Positions 7,754 to 16,277 of a DNA stretch of 18,775 nt are shown piece after piece (the first letter of the stretch is position 1; the number at the start of each line of letters is the position of its first letter). The notes beneath the pieces were generated by a model. The model ran no database searches. It had not been told where the DNA came from and saw nothing but the letters and a program-made list of their open reading frames with translations. The stretch lies in NCBI GenBank assembly GCA_038858525.1, contig JAWCFL010000030.1, positions 1 to 18,775 on the forward strand. The letters are read 5' to 3'. Made by a program: the position numbers and the translations under genes. The stretch is from Candidatus Jordarchaeales archaeon. GTDB taxonomy: Archaea > Asgardarchaeota > Jordiarchaeia > Jordiarchaeales > Freyrarchaeaceae.

Positions 7754-8605
7754 GTGAAGGTTGTTGTGAAGGACAATGAGGTGGATCTGGCGCGCATAAT
7801 CCGTAACGCGTCCCCTGGAGACGAAATACTGCTGGAGAAAGGGGACTATGTTGTCGGTGAGGTTTTCGTCGAGTCAGACCTTACCATAATAGGTAAGGGA
7901 GCCGGCTTAACGAGGCTCCTACTTGATGGTCACGGCTTCACATGCGACGCTGTGAGAAGCTTTAGGGTTGAGGGGTTGTCCTTCGTCGGCTCAAGGGAGA
8001 GTGAAGTTCTTAACGTGAAGTATGGAAGGGTTGAGGCCACCAATTGCGAGTTCACAGGCTGTGAGCTGGCCTCTCTCCACGTCGAAGTGGGAATAGCTAA
8101 GCTTGAGGGGTGCAGCTTCCACCAGAACGGGTACGGCATGCTTCTAGGTGAGGGCAGTATAGTCTCCGTCAAGAGCTGCAAGTTCTCGGAGAACGAGGTT
8201 GCCGCAGTATGGATAGAGGGGGGAGACCTTAGGGTTGAGGAAAGCACCTTCCAAGAGAATGGTTTAGGTATCGCAACCACTTGGAGCTCGAGGGCTAAGA
8301 TAATCAGTAACTCATTCTTAAACCACACGATAGACCCAGCGATTACTGTTATGGAGAGGGCTGATGCAATCATAACCGGAAACGTCTTTAGCAACTGCCG
8401 CTGCAGCATTATGGCTTCACGCTACTCCACTGCGGTGATTGAAGATAACACTTTCATAGCGTGTGGAGACGCGCGAACACCCGTCCTATCGATCAGCGGC
8501 AACTGTAGCATTAGGGGGAACATCCTGGAGTCGAATAGATTCTCGGAGCTACGCGGCTTACCCATAGCTACATGCGTTGGAAGCATTAGCGAGAGACAAC
8601 CTTAA
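7754..8605 (+). CDS. Right-handed parallel beta-helix repeat (NosD/CASH-like) protein
   Basis: PGDEILLEKGDY, LTIIG.G, and repeated 'C.F..N..G' / 'I.GN.F..C' units. GTG at 7754 follows GGAGGT (track start 7697). No signal peptide visible. Confidence 0.8.
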   Translation: MKVVVKDNEVDLARIIRNASPGDEILLEKGDYVVGEVFVESDLTIIGKGAGLTRLLLDGHGFTCDAVRSFRVEGLSFVGSRESEVLNVKYGRVEATNCEFTGCELASLHVEVGIAKLEGCSFHQNGYGMLLGEGSIVSVKSCKFSENEVAAVWIEGGDLRVEESTFQENGLGIATTWSSRAKIISNSFLNHTIDPAITVMERADAIITGNVFSNCRCSIMASRYSTAVIEDNTFIACGDARTPVLSISGNCSIRGNILESNRFSELRGLPIATCVGSISERQP

Positions 8606-8888
8606 ACAATGGATCCGAAACGCGTTCCCCCCTGCATTTCGGACATCTTGACGGCTTCTTGGGCTTATCGGAGCTAAAGACGTAGCCGCACTTCAAGCAG
8701 CGTGGAGGAACCATCACGAGCTGCCACTCGGACTTCTGCAGGGAGCGAGCTATGTGCTTAAGGTCATCATAAACATCCTTCCGGTCTAGCTCTAGAAGCA
8801 GAGAAATCTGCTCTGCGCTCAGGGGGGTGTCACTCTCCTTTAACAGTCTAAGAATTTTTTCGCGTCGTGTCTCCCAGAGCCCAGTCAT
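8586..8888 (-). CDS. Archaeal transcriptional regulator with HTH + Zn-ribbon (COG3357-like)
   Basis: TRREKI..LL, LSAEQI..LL, VY.DL.HIARSL, then PPRC.KCGY.F...KPSRCPKC. Confidence 0.88.
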   Translation of the reverse strand: MTGLWETRREKILRLLKESDTPLSAEQISLLLELDRKDVYDDLKHIARSLQKSEWQLVMVPPRCLKCGYVFSSDKPKKPSRCPKCRGERVSDPLFKVVSR

Positions 8889-8901
8889 AAAACCACCAAG
8901 T

Positions 8902-9627
8902 TCACAACTTTATGACTAATGGGGTGAAGCCTCTCTTGTCGCATGCAACGTTGAACACCTTAACTCCTCTCACCACGCTTTCAAGGCAATCATCCCGGCA
9001 CTTGTGGCTGTGCCCATGGAACACGTAGTCCACTCCGTACGCCTCTAAGAGCTCCATGAAGACTGACGAGCCGCAGACGCCTATGAAAGGGTCTCCTTTA
9101 ACCGTTTCTGGCGTTGGAGAGAAATGCATAATAACAACCTTCACCTCGGCATTCTTGATGCTTTTTAACCCAGTCTCAAGCTTCTTCAACTCTATAGCGG
9201 TCGCCTTTACTGCTCTCTCGCGTCTCTCGCGCTCAACGTCGGCTTTAGGGCTGAAGGAGTAGTCATACCACCCCCTTGTGCCAGCAATCCCGAGATCCAA
9301 GTCCTCCAAGTAGTAGCCTTCCCCATCCAGCAATTTGAGATAGTAGGGAGTCGACAGGACCCTTCGCAGGTTCGGGTCGTACCACCTGTCATGATTACCC
9401 ACCACCATAAACCGGTACCTAGCGCTAGCCGAGTATAACATGTCGAGAGCCTGCTTTACACTATCATCGTACCGTTTAGCCATCGAGAGGTCGCCGCAGA
9501 AAAGGAAGACGTCGACCGGAGAATAGTCAAGGCTCCTCACGCAGCGCTCAATGTTTTCAAGAGTGAAAACATCCCTGAACTTCCCCTTAATTCCCAAGTG
9601 AAAGTCACCAGTTACAGCCAAAAGCAA
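8902..9627 (-). CDS. Calcineurin-like metallophosphoesterase (Icc-like)
   Basis: GDFHLG, CGDL, VGNHD, MHFSP and FHGHSH motifs. TTG at 9627 follows GGAGGT (track start 9675). Confidence 0.9.
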   Translation of the reverse strand: MLLAVTGDFHLGIKGKFRDVFTLENIERCVRSLDYSPVDVFLFCGDLSMAKRYDDSVKQALDMLYSASARYRFMVVGNHDRWYDPNLRRVLSTPYYLKLLDGEGYYLEDLDLGIAGTRGWYDYSFSPKADVERERRERAVKATAIELKKLETGLKSIKNAEVKVVIMHFSPTPETVKGDPFIGVCGSSVFMELLEAYGVDYVFHGHSHKCRDDCLESVVRGVKVFNVACDKRGFTPLVIKL

Positions 9628-9784
9628 ACCTAAACCTCCAGCCGCGTGAAGGCGAAGCCACAAGGCTTCCTTCAACAGTCTCCTTCAAATGCACGAATAA
9701 ATACATTTCATAAGATGCCATTTTTAACAATAAACCTTAACTATAAGGCCCAAAAACGAAATTTTTCTTTCATTTGATTGAGCA

Positions 9785-9979
9785 CAGCGAAAAAGGGAGG
9801 AGGGCAGTAGAATAGGATGTGGTAACAACTTCTTCGCTGGTAGCTTGTCAGAAGAGCGCCCAGACTCGCTACCGTTGCTAGGTGCTTCTTTCCTGTCCTT
9901 CAGCAAAGTAAGCAACCGGCGTTTGTTTCCGGGAGCACCTATTAGGAGCAGGCACTAGTTAGCTTGGGCGCTGTTTTTT
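9785..9979 (+). ncRNA. Candidate structured intergenic RNA (unassigned family)
   Basis: Complementary pairs found by eye: CAGCGAA/TTCGCTG, AGCGCCCA/TGGGCGCT, TAGGTGCTTC/GGAGCACCTA, GGTAGC/GCTACC, followed by a T6 run. No match to any RNA family I recognise. Confidence 0.25.
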
Positions 9980-10061
9980 CTTAGCCGCCGATAAGCGAAA
10001 AGTAGATAAGCTGATCATTGACGACCTGAAACCTAATTATTTTGTTGTCGGAGGAACGCGT

Positions 10062-10907
10062 ATGGTTACTGGGGTGTTCTTTCACCCCGAGTTTAAGGGC
10101 AAGGACTGGCCTGTTATAGGGGATAAGTTTGCAGGGTTCCCCGAGGCCTTTGGTAGCATGCTTAACGACGAGAAAATAGCCTTCTTTGAGCCTAAGGAGG
10201 TTTCCGAGGAGCTTCTACTTAAAGTTCATACGAGAGAACTGGTCGAGAAACTGAAGAAGGCATGGTACTGTAGGGGTGCCCTTCTTTCGGTTGGCGGGTG
10301 CTTGGAGGCTGCAGAGAAAATATTAATAGGTGAGCTGGAGAACGCATTGGTCTTCGTGGTCGCAGCAGGTCACCACGCAGGCCCCTCAAGCGCTTGGGGT
10401 GGAACATACGTTTCATGTACTGGTCCTACCATAGCTTACCTGAAGGAGACCTATGGAGGGAGGAGGCGCTACGCGATACTTGACACTGACTCGCACCACG
10501 GTGACGGGACGAGGGCGATCTTCATGGGGCAACGAGACATCCTCCATGTATGCTTCTGCAGTCAAAACCTCGTTGAGGATGAGGGAACGAAGGTTGACGT
10601 GGATGCCGGCTGGAACACGAGCGACGAAGACTACTTGAGGCTCGTGGAGGAGGAGTTCGTTCCGAGGGCTAAAAAGTTCAGGCCGCACATCATAATGCAC
10701 AAGCTTGGACACGACGTCTGTCAAGGCGACTATGGCGACAGAGGGTTGACCGAGAAGGCCTGTGTGGAGACCGTGCGTATCGTCGCAGACTTAGCGGACG
10801 AAATGTGTGATGGAAGGTACCTTATTCTGACGCATGGAGGAAGCAGGAGGGACCTCGCCGAAAAAATATACCCTGAAGCAGTAAGGATACTTGCAAAAAT
10901 AACGTGA
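10062..10907 (+). CDS. Histone-deacetylase (HDAC/AcuC/APAH) family hydrolase, divergent
   Basis: GHHAG His pair, ILDTDSHHGDGT Zn motif, KF.P..I...GHD third Zn ligand, LLKVH. GGAGG upstream of ATG. Confidence 0.85.
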   Translation: MVTGVFFHPEFKGKDWPVIGDKFAGFPEAFGSMLNDEKIAFFEPKEVSEELLLKVHTRELVEKLKKAWYCRGALLSVGGCLEAAEKILIGELENALVFVVAAGHHAGPSSAWGGTYVSCTGPTIAYLKETYGGRRRYAILDTDSHHGDGTRAIFMGQRDILHVCFCSQNLVEDEGTKVDVDAGWNTSDEDYLRLVEEEFVPRAKKFRPHIIMHKLGHDVCQGDYGDRGLTEKACVETVRIVADLADEMCDGRYLILTHGGSRRDLAEKIYPEAVRILAKIT

Positions 10908-10943
10908 GCAGGGGGGCTGAAGCAGAGCGAAGGAACGTTTATT

Positions 10944-12479
10944 TTACTTTATTTTTTCGCCGCAATAGGGGCAGTAGTTCGCTTCCTCTGGGATGCTACG
11001 CCCGCAAGCACGACACTCAGTCGCTTTAAGCTTGTATTCGTACTGAGTGACGCTTTTCCGGGGGGCTCCGCCACCCAGAGCGTAAAACCAAAGTGTAAAC
11101 CCTGTCAGGTAAAGAGACACAGCAATACTTGCCAAGAAGCCTGCTACTAGGCATGCCCCAAAAACAGCTGGGAAAATAAAAACGACAAGGCTAAAGTCTA
11201 GAGGAGGATACGGCAGCAGGATGGATAAAAAGGGAAATACTAGAGAGCCGGCGAGCTGGAGCTGTATGGGAATCATTGTTGAGAGTATGTAGTTGATGAG
11301 TTGACTAATAATAAGGTATATTATTCCGAACATCAGGAAGAGGAGGAAGGTTTTCAGCTTTGCTCCGTTGGTGAGCTCCTTGCTTCGCCGCAGTGATTCT
11401 CGTACTCCTGCATTTTCCACGATGACTGCTTGTGGGGCTAGAGCGTAGACCGTTGCGAAGTATATTCCTGGTATTATGAGGAGAAGTAAGCCTACGCCTA
11501 CTATGAGTCCCACTATTATTGTTGTAGCTGTGAGCTTAAGGTAACGCCTGAAACCAATTTCAATGCTTTCGAGTAGTGCTGGGCGCCCCTGCTCAACTAT
11601 CACGTGTACAAAGGCTATGACGATGCCCGCAACCATGACGAGCAGCAGGAAGGTGACTAGAAGTGACGCCACGGTAGAAGCTAGGGATACCTGGCTCAGT
11701 ATGGCTGGTGGGGTGAAGGAAAGTGATTGAATCTGTGTTAGAATATACGAGAGCCTGTCTGCAATGTATTGTATCGAGAGGAGAAATCCGACTGGCAACA
11801 TAATGTAGAATAGCGCCTTTGGTGTGAGCCTAAGAGCTTCGACAAACACGTCTCCAGCTCCCTCAAGGGTCTCGGGAGGCGAAGGTTTGAAAAGCGCTCC
11901 TATGATGGTGAATAAAAGAATAAGGATGCCGATGAAACGTAAAGAGTATAATAGAGGAATAAAGGGGTTGCTTTGAAACGTTAGGAACGTGACACTGCTT
12001 TGAGTCATTATCAGTGCTGGCTGGCTCCCCTCATTCTTCCATACGAGAAGCACCATGTAGTCATTTGCCGGCGGATAGGTGAAGAAAGAAGTTGAGGATA
12101 CTTCGGTGTCCAGGAGTGTGTCCTGCCAGGAGGGTAGGATGCCCGGTTCTATAACTGGGACAGGGTGGATGCCATAAATCTTGAATTTAACTGGCTGGTT
12201 CGACGCCACCACACCGAAAACGCAGCTCAAACGTGAGGGTAACATTAAAGGCTGATGGGCTTCTTCTCCAGGAGAGATATATATCAGGGAGAAGCCATCT
12301 GAGGGGATGTTCGGAAGGTAAAAAGAACCTATGATCGTAGGGTTATACGTGTGAGAGGACACGTATGGTATCAGATTCGGTGAAACAGACAACATGGTTA
12401 AGGAGGAGATTATTAGAAAAGCGCAAAAAACAATGGAACCTTTATGGATGCCTGAAAAAGACTTCTCACCATTGCTCAT
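10944..12479 (-). CDS. Multi-pass membrane protein with N-terminal extracytoplasmic domain and C-terminal zinc ribbon
   Basis: One N-terminal hydrophobic segment, a soluble stretch, about 7 hydrophobic segments including 'IVEN.G..ESL.RS.EL..G', and CRACG...YCPYCG at the end. Confidence 0.8.
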   Translation of the reverse strand: MSNGEKSFSGIHKGSIVFCAFLIISSLTMLSVSPNLIPYVSSHTYNPTIIGSFYLPNIPSDGFSLIYISPGEEAHQPLMLPSRLSCVFGVVASNQPVKFKIYGIHPVPVIEPGILPSWQDTLLDTEVSSTSFFTYPPANDYMVLLVWKNEGSQPALIMTQSSVTFLTFQSNPFIPLLYSLRFIGILILLFTIIGALFKPSPPETLEGAGDVFVEALRLTPKALFYIMLPVGFLLSIQYIADRLSYILTQIQSLSFTPPAILSQVSLASTVASLLVTFLLLVMVAGIVIAFVHVIVEQGRPALLESIEIGFRRYLKLTATTIIVGLIVGVGLLLLIIPGIYFATVYALAPQAVIVENAGVRESLRRSKELTNGAKLKTFLLFLMFGIIYLIISQLINYILSTMIPIQLQLAGSLVFPFLSILLPYPPLDFSLVVFIFPAVFGACLVAGFLASIAVSLYLTGFTLWFYALGGGAPRKSVTQYEYKLKATECRACGRSIPEEANYCPYCGEKIK

Positions 12480-12598
12480 TATACCACCAACAAGTTAGGC
12501 CCGAAAGGCGCAATATTCAAACAATTACCACAGCTTTTGAAGAACATGTTATCGTAACAATCAAGACAACAGCTCACTTTTTCCCTCCGCAACTCCAT
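12479..12598 (-). CDS. Unannotated 39-aa Cys-rich small protein
   Basis: MELRREKVSCCLDCYDNMFFKSCGNCLNIAPFGPNLLVV. AGGAGGAGGTG lies 5 nt before the ATG; its TAA overlaps the next ATG (TAATG at 12481-12477); two CxxC motifs. Confidence 0.55.
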   Translation of the reverse strand: MELRREKVSCCLDCYDNMFFKSCGNCLNIAPFGPNLLVV

Positions 12599-13056
12599 AA
12601 AGGCACCTCCTCCTAAACATCAAAGCAATGCCCTCCTAACAAACAGTAAACAGTAGAACCGCAGGACCTCTAACTTTTTTGAGGCACCTCCCTTAAAAGG
12701 ATTTGCTTGCATGCAGAGCAAGTAGCCGCATGACTTACCACAAGTCTACTTGAGCAGATTCCAACTAAAACGGTTTCTCGGCACTCCATCTGAATGCAAT
12801 TGTTACTCTAGCTCTTCTCGCGCTTTTTCTCGCCGATCTGTTCGCATACGGCGACGATAGGCTTAGGTCTCCCGGGCATCTGTTTAAATTTTAGGGTTTT
12901 TAGTCGCCTTGAAAACCATTGAAGTAGGGAACGGACAGTGAAAAAGTAACTATCGATAACGGGAACCTTTCTCTTTAGGGCTACGCCCTTCAGGAATTTT
13001 GTTATTGAATCTACTGGGAGCTGGCTGTTCCTTCATTGTAGCAGGATGATTACGCG

Positions 13057-13881
13057 TTAAGGTCTTGCCTGTGGAGTGGTGAGTACGCTTTTCCGGACGA
13101 GTGACACTTCTCTTCTTTTCAGTTGGAGGGTTAGCTCCTTATCTATGGCGTCCTTAACCGCTTTCCTGATGGCATACCCTCCTATGTGGAGATATGTGTC
13201 TCCTATGGCTTTGTCATACTGCATAGATGCGGTGCATGGATAGGCATGGTGAGCCTCAGATATTTTCTCGTTCAGCCTGTAAATCCTGGTGAGCTTTATC
13301 TGCTGCATGACGTAGAAGGTGCTCCCGCAGGGCGCTGTTCTGAGAACACGCCCCTTAGTTATCAGGTCTCCCTGTATTTCAACCTCAACTACTGGCCTGC
13401 CGACCTTACACTTCTTGATGAAGAGATCTATTATGTCGTTCGTTCCTCTTTCCTCTAGGACGCAAAATGGCCTTGGGAAGGCGCTCGCAACACCTATCTC
13501 CTCGAGGCTTCTTTCCACCTGCTTTTGGAGCCCAACAGGACACCAGCTTCCATCCTCTATAGGGACAATAACGCCCTTAACCCCCATGCTTTCAGCCAAA
13601 ACGGATATGCTTGCAAGAACATCCTGGTGCACTCCAACTACGATTAGCAAGTCACACTTAGGCGGGTTTCTCGGAAAGTAATCCTCAGGGTTCTCCAAGT
13701 AGGGGGGTAAGTCTTGGGGGATCTTGTGGAGACCATAAATGTAATTTGCGAATGAACCATAATCACGCCTGCAGTGCTCGCATGCGTCGCCGCACGACGT
13801 GCAAAACGTGGAAAAGTTGATCAGGTTACCGGCGACCTTCTCCCCAAAATCATCTCCATAAAGAACATATATTCTCAACAT
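13057..13881 (-). CDS. DUF166 family protein with CxxCxxxCxxC insert
   Basis: DLLIVVGVH, VIVP, GL.KQ, P.PFC.L, G.P.VEV, VLR.APCGST, HHAYPC.ASM, LH..G are DUF166-type motifs (recognised by eye). Confidence 0.75.
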   Translation of the reverse strand: MLRIYVLYGDDFGEKVAGNLINFSTFCTSCGDACEHCRRDYGSFANYIYGLHKIPQDLPPYLENPEDYFPRNPPKCDLLIVVGVHQDVLASISVLAESMGVKGVIVPIEDGSWCPVGLQKQVERSLEEIGVASAFPRPFCVLEERGTNDIIDLFIKKCKVGRPVVEVEIQGDLITKGRVLRTAPCGSTFYVMQQIKLTRIYRLNEKISEAHHAYPCTASMQYDKAIGDTYLHIGGYAIRKAVKDAIDKELTLQLKRREVSLVRKSVLTTPQARP

Positions 13882-13915
13882 GAAACCCTCTCGAATTCAT
13901 CCAAGTTTTAAGTCC

Positions 13916-13941
13916 ACATTAATACAATATATTCTTAATGT
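13916..13941. promoter_or_regulatory. AT-rich inverted repeat upstream of the DUF166 gene
   Basis: ACATTAA (13916-13922), N12, TTAATGT (13935-13941). Confidence 0.3.
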
Positions 13942-14199
13942 TAATATTGACTTAGCTTAAATCCCATTTTTAATAATAAAAAATAAAAAAAGAGGTTCTG
14001 CTTGTGGCTGGTAAATGGCGTCCCAAGCTTAAATTAAAGATTAATAAGATTTTTGAAGAAACCAACTCTCCTTCAGCTTTTCCGAGAAGTCATACGCAGA
14101 GAAAAACAAAGTTGCAGTTAGCTGAACGGTTCAAATAGATATTTTAGAAAGATATTAATAGCGTGTTGGTTGAGTTGGTGAGGGAAAAAGGGTGAAAGG

Positions 14200-14487
14200 T
14201 TGAGGGTAAAGGTTTCCTACATCCACATAATAGCTAGGGAGATCGGGGTGAAGGAAGAGGAGGTTGAAGTTGAAGGAAATATGAACTTGAAGGAGCTACT
14301 CGGTCTATTGACTGAAAGGCATGGTGAAGCCTTCAAGAAGTACGTTTACGATAGTGACAAAGGTGAGGTTAGGGGTTACGCTATAATAACGGTAAACGGG
14401 AAAATTATTCAGAGGAGGAACGTGGAGGGGGTAAAGCTAGCGGAGGGGGACCGCGTGTTTTTCGGCATAGGGGCTGCAGGAGGGTAG
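14200..14487 (+). CDS. MoaD/ThiS-family ubiquitin-like sulfur carrier (SAMP-like)
   Basis: Beta-grasp pattern (VKVSY, L.ELL..L, I.VNG, L.EGD.V) ending in a C-terminal Gly-Gly. TTG start with GGTG upstream. Confidence 0.88.
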   Translation: MRVKVSYIHIIAREIGVKEEEVEVEGNMNLKELLGLLTERHGEAFKKYVYDSDKGEVRGYAIITVNGKIIQRRNVEGVKLAEGDRVFFGIGAAGG

Positions 14488-14633
14488 CTATCGGAGATAG
14501 GTGTGTACTTTTCGCTTTCCTCCCGATTCCTTGAGACTATGGAAGGATGCATTATTCGTATTCCTTCTCGTCTCTTAAAGCCGGGTATTTAACTTGGAGG
14601 TCTTTATTTGAACCATGAGTGGAAGTTGGGTTT

Positions 14634-15227
14634 TTATGGCTTCTGCTTTTGTTGCCAGAGTTTTCCCTTGTATTGTTGTATTACTGGGCATCCTAGACAC
14701 TTGTTTTTCTGGAAGTACTGGCAGTCCCTGCAACGGGTTTTTGACCCGCAGGGAGGGTTTTCTGTTGCTTTAAAGCTCATTTTCATCGGGACAATGAACT
14801 CTTTCGCTGATGATATTATTATGTTGAACTCTACGCTCTGAACGTCGCTATTTGGCCTTATGTGGGCATCCACTATGGTTTCTATCGTTTCTATGTTCTC
14901 GCTTAGGAAAAGCATGCACACGTTACTCCTCCCCGACACTAGAAAACCATTGACAAAATATGGGCAATCCTTGAAGGATTCGAGTAGGCCTAGCGGGTTT
15001 CTCGTAGTAATATCCACCTTCGCCAAGTAGACACCCATCTTCGCCGGGTTTACTCCTACCAGTTTCGATATAATGCCCAAAGACCTGAGCTTTCTCAACC
15101 TCACAGCGACTGACGGCTGAGAAATCCCTATCCGTTCCGCCATGTATTCCTGTGAAGCGTCAGGGTCGTCACTCAAAATGGTTATTATGGCTTTGTCTCT
15201 ATCATCCAACTTTTCAAAGAAAGACAT
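14634..15227 (-). CDS. Lrp/AsnC-family transcriptional regulator with C-terminal Cys cluster
   Basis: LDDRDKAII..L..DP..SQE.MA..IGISQPSV..RL.KL HTH, RAM-like domain, tail C-x5-C-x2-C-x7-C-x2-CP. Second ATG (15227) preferred; track start 15251. Confidence 0.85.
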   Translation of the reverse strand: MSFFEKLDDRDKAIITILSDDPDASQEYMAERIGISQPSVAVRLRKLRSLGIISKLVGVNPAKMGVYLAKVDITTRNPLGLLESFKDCPYFVNGFLVSGRSNVCMLFLSENIETIETIVDAHIRPNSDVQSVEFNIIISSAKEFIVPMKMSFKATENPPCGSKTRCRDCQYFQKNKCLGCPVIQQYKGKLWQQKQKP

Positions 15228-15371
15228 TAGCACACACCCTTCATTACTCATAGCCAGTGTGTTCGCTATTTATTATTTATTAACTTATTAACCTGAATAA
15301 TACATTAATAATAAAAGATGCGATGCTATTTTCTACCGAGTCAGTTAAGCGAACTTTAGCGTAAAAGTAAT

Positions 15372-16082
15372 CTAAAGGATGACTTCGAGGTCTGGATCGT
15401 AGAGGCGCATTAATGAGGCGGAGGGGTCATAATATGACGCGATTGCCTTAACTTCTACACCTGCTCTTTTTGCACCTAGAAGTAGACTGTAGAAGTCCAA
15501 GTCCACTGAAATGTTTGGTTTAAAGGCGGCCACTCCAGGCAGGGCAGCCATGAAGATGATTATGCTTCTTACGCCACTTGCAGCGCAACAAGTAAGTTCC
15601 TTGACATGCCTTCTCCCTCTGAGCGAGGGGCAGTCGGGATACATTGCATATTCTCCGCCTCTCAGAACGGCGCTTTTCACCTCCACATATGCATGCTCAC
15701 CACTCTCCTTTCTCAGAAGGTAGTCTATAACTGAGCTGCCCAGCTTAACATTTCGTCTTGATACCCTCCAGCCTTTAAGCCACGGTATGAGGCCGGCGTC
15801 CAGCCATGCTTCGAAGGCTTTCATTTGGAGATGGGTGTCTATTACTGCACCGACCCCCTGATCTTCCACCGCAAAGAGCCTATAGCTGGTTTTCTCCGAC
15901 CTCTTAGCAACGCAGAAACCCTGCCTTCCTTCGACTAGAAGGTCGAGCAGTCTCCCTGTGTTGTTAAGGTAAGCCCTTGAGTGCGCTCCCTCAACGATGA
16001 CTTCAACAACGAACCTGTTCAGCCTCTTTCCAATAACACATCTTAATGCACCCTCGACCATCAAAGGATCCTTCTCAGTCAT
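15372..16082 (-). CDS. sfsA: SfsA family DNA/RNA nuclease
   Basis: RLNRFV, LNNTGRL.DLL, IDY, YVEVKS, YPDCPSLRGRRHV.EL, AGVEV.A. Confidence 0.92.
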   Translation of the reverse strand: MTEKDPLMVEGALRCVIGKRLNRFVVEVIVEGAHSRAYLNNTGRLLDLLVEGRQGFCVAKRSEKTSYRLFAVEDQGVGAVIDTHLQMKAFEAWLDAGLIPWLKGWRVSRRNVKLGSSVIDYLLRKESGEHAYVEVKSAVLRGGEYAMYPDCPSLRGRRHVKELTCCAASGVRSIIIFMAALPGVAAFKPNISVDLDFYSLLLGAKRAGVEVKAIASYYDPSASLMRLYDPDLEVIL

Positions 16083-16277
16083 TTCGACACCTCACAGCTA
16101 CATTTAACATTTAAAGAAGTAGAACTAATAGTTAAAATAGTAAAAATGCTCCGTCGCCTTTCAGGAAATTCGTTGGTGGAGTAATATTTGTTAAGTGACT
16201 TTTGGGATCACCGGGTTTTGACGAAGAGTTTAATTAGGGATCTATTTTTTTGAGATTATGGTTTGGAGGTTTTAGTT

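Noticed and set aside
9724-9915. 63-aa minus-strand ORF from the track
   Set aside because: No family motif or RBS; overlaps the candidate structured RNA; probably spurious.
9990-10040. GCTGAT...GAC and ACCTGA strings suggestive of fluoride or TPP riboswitch cores
   Set aside because: The remaining conserved elements and pairing are absent.
12365-12616. 83-aa plus-strand ORF from the track
   Set aside because: Antisense to the membrane-protein start and to the better-supported 39-aa ORF.
12670-12879. Minus-strand 70-codon frame with one internal TAG (12810-12808), MPGRPK...KS*SNNCIQMECRE...CSACKQ..., considered as pyrrolysine read-through or a second 39-aa ORF (12670-12789)
   Set aside because: No RBS, no similarity to known proteins, and no pyl genes in the window; one in-frame stop in a short frame is expected by chance.
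15268-15315. TTATTAAC tandem pair and TTATT/AATAA repeats upstream of the Lrp gene
   Set aside because: Low-complexity AT-rich promoter DNA; not distinguishable from BRE/TATA background.
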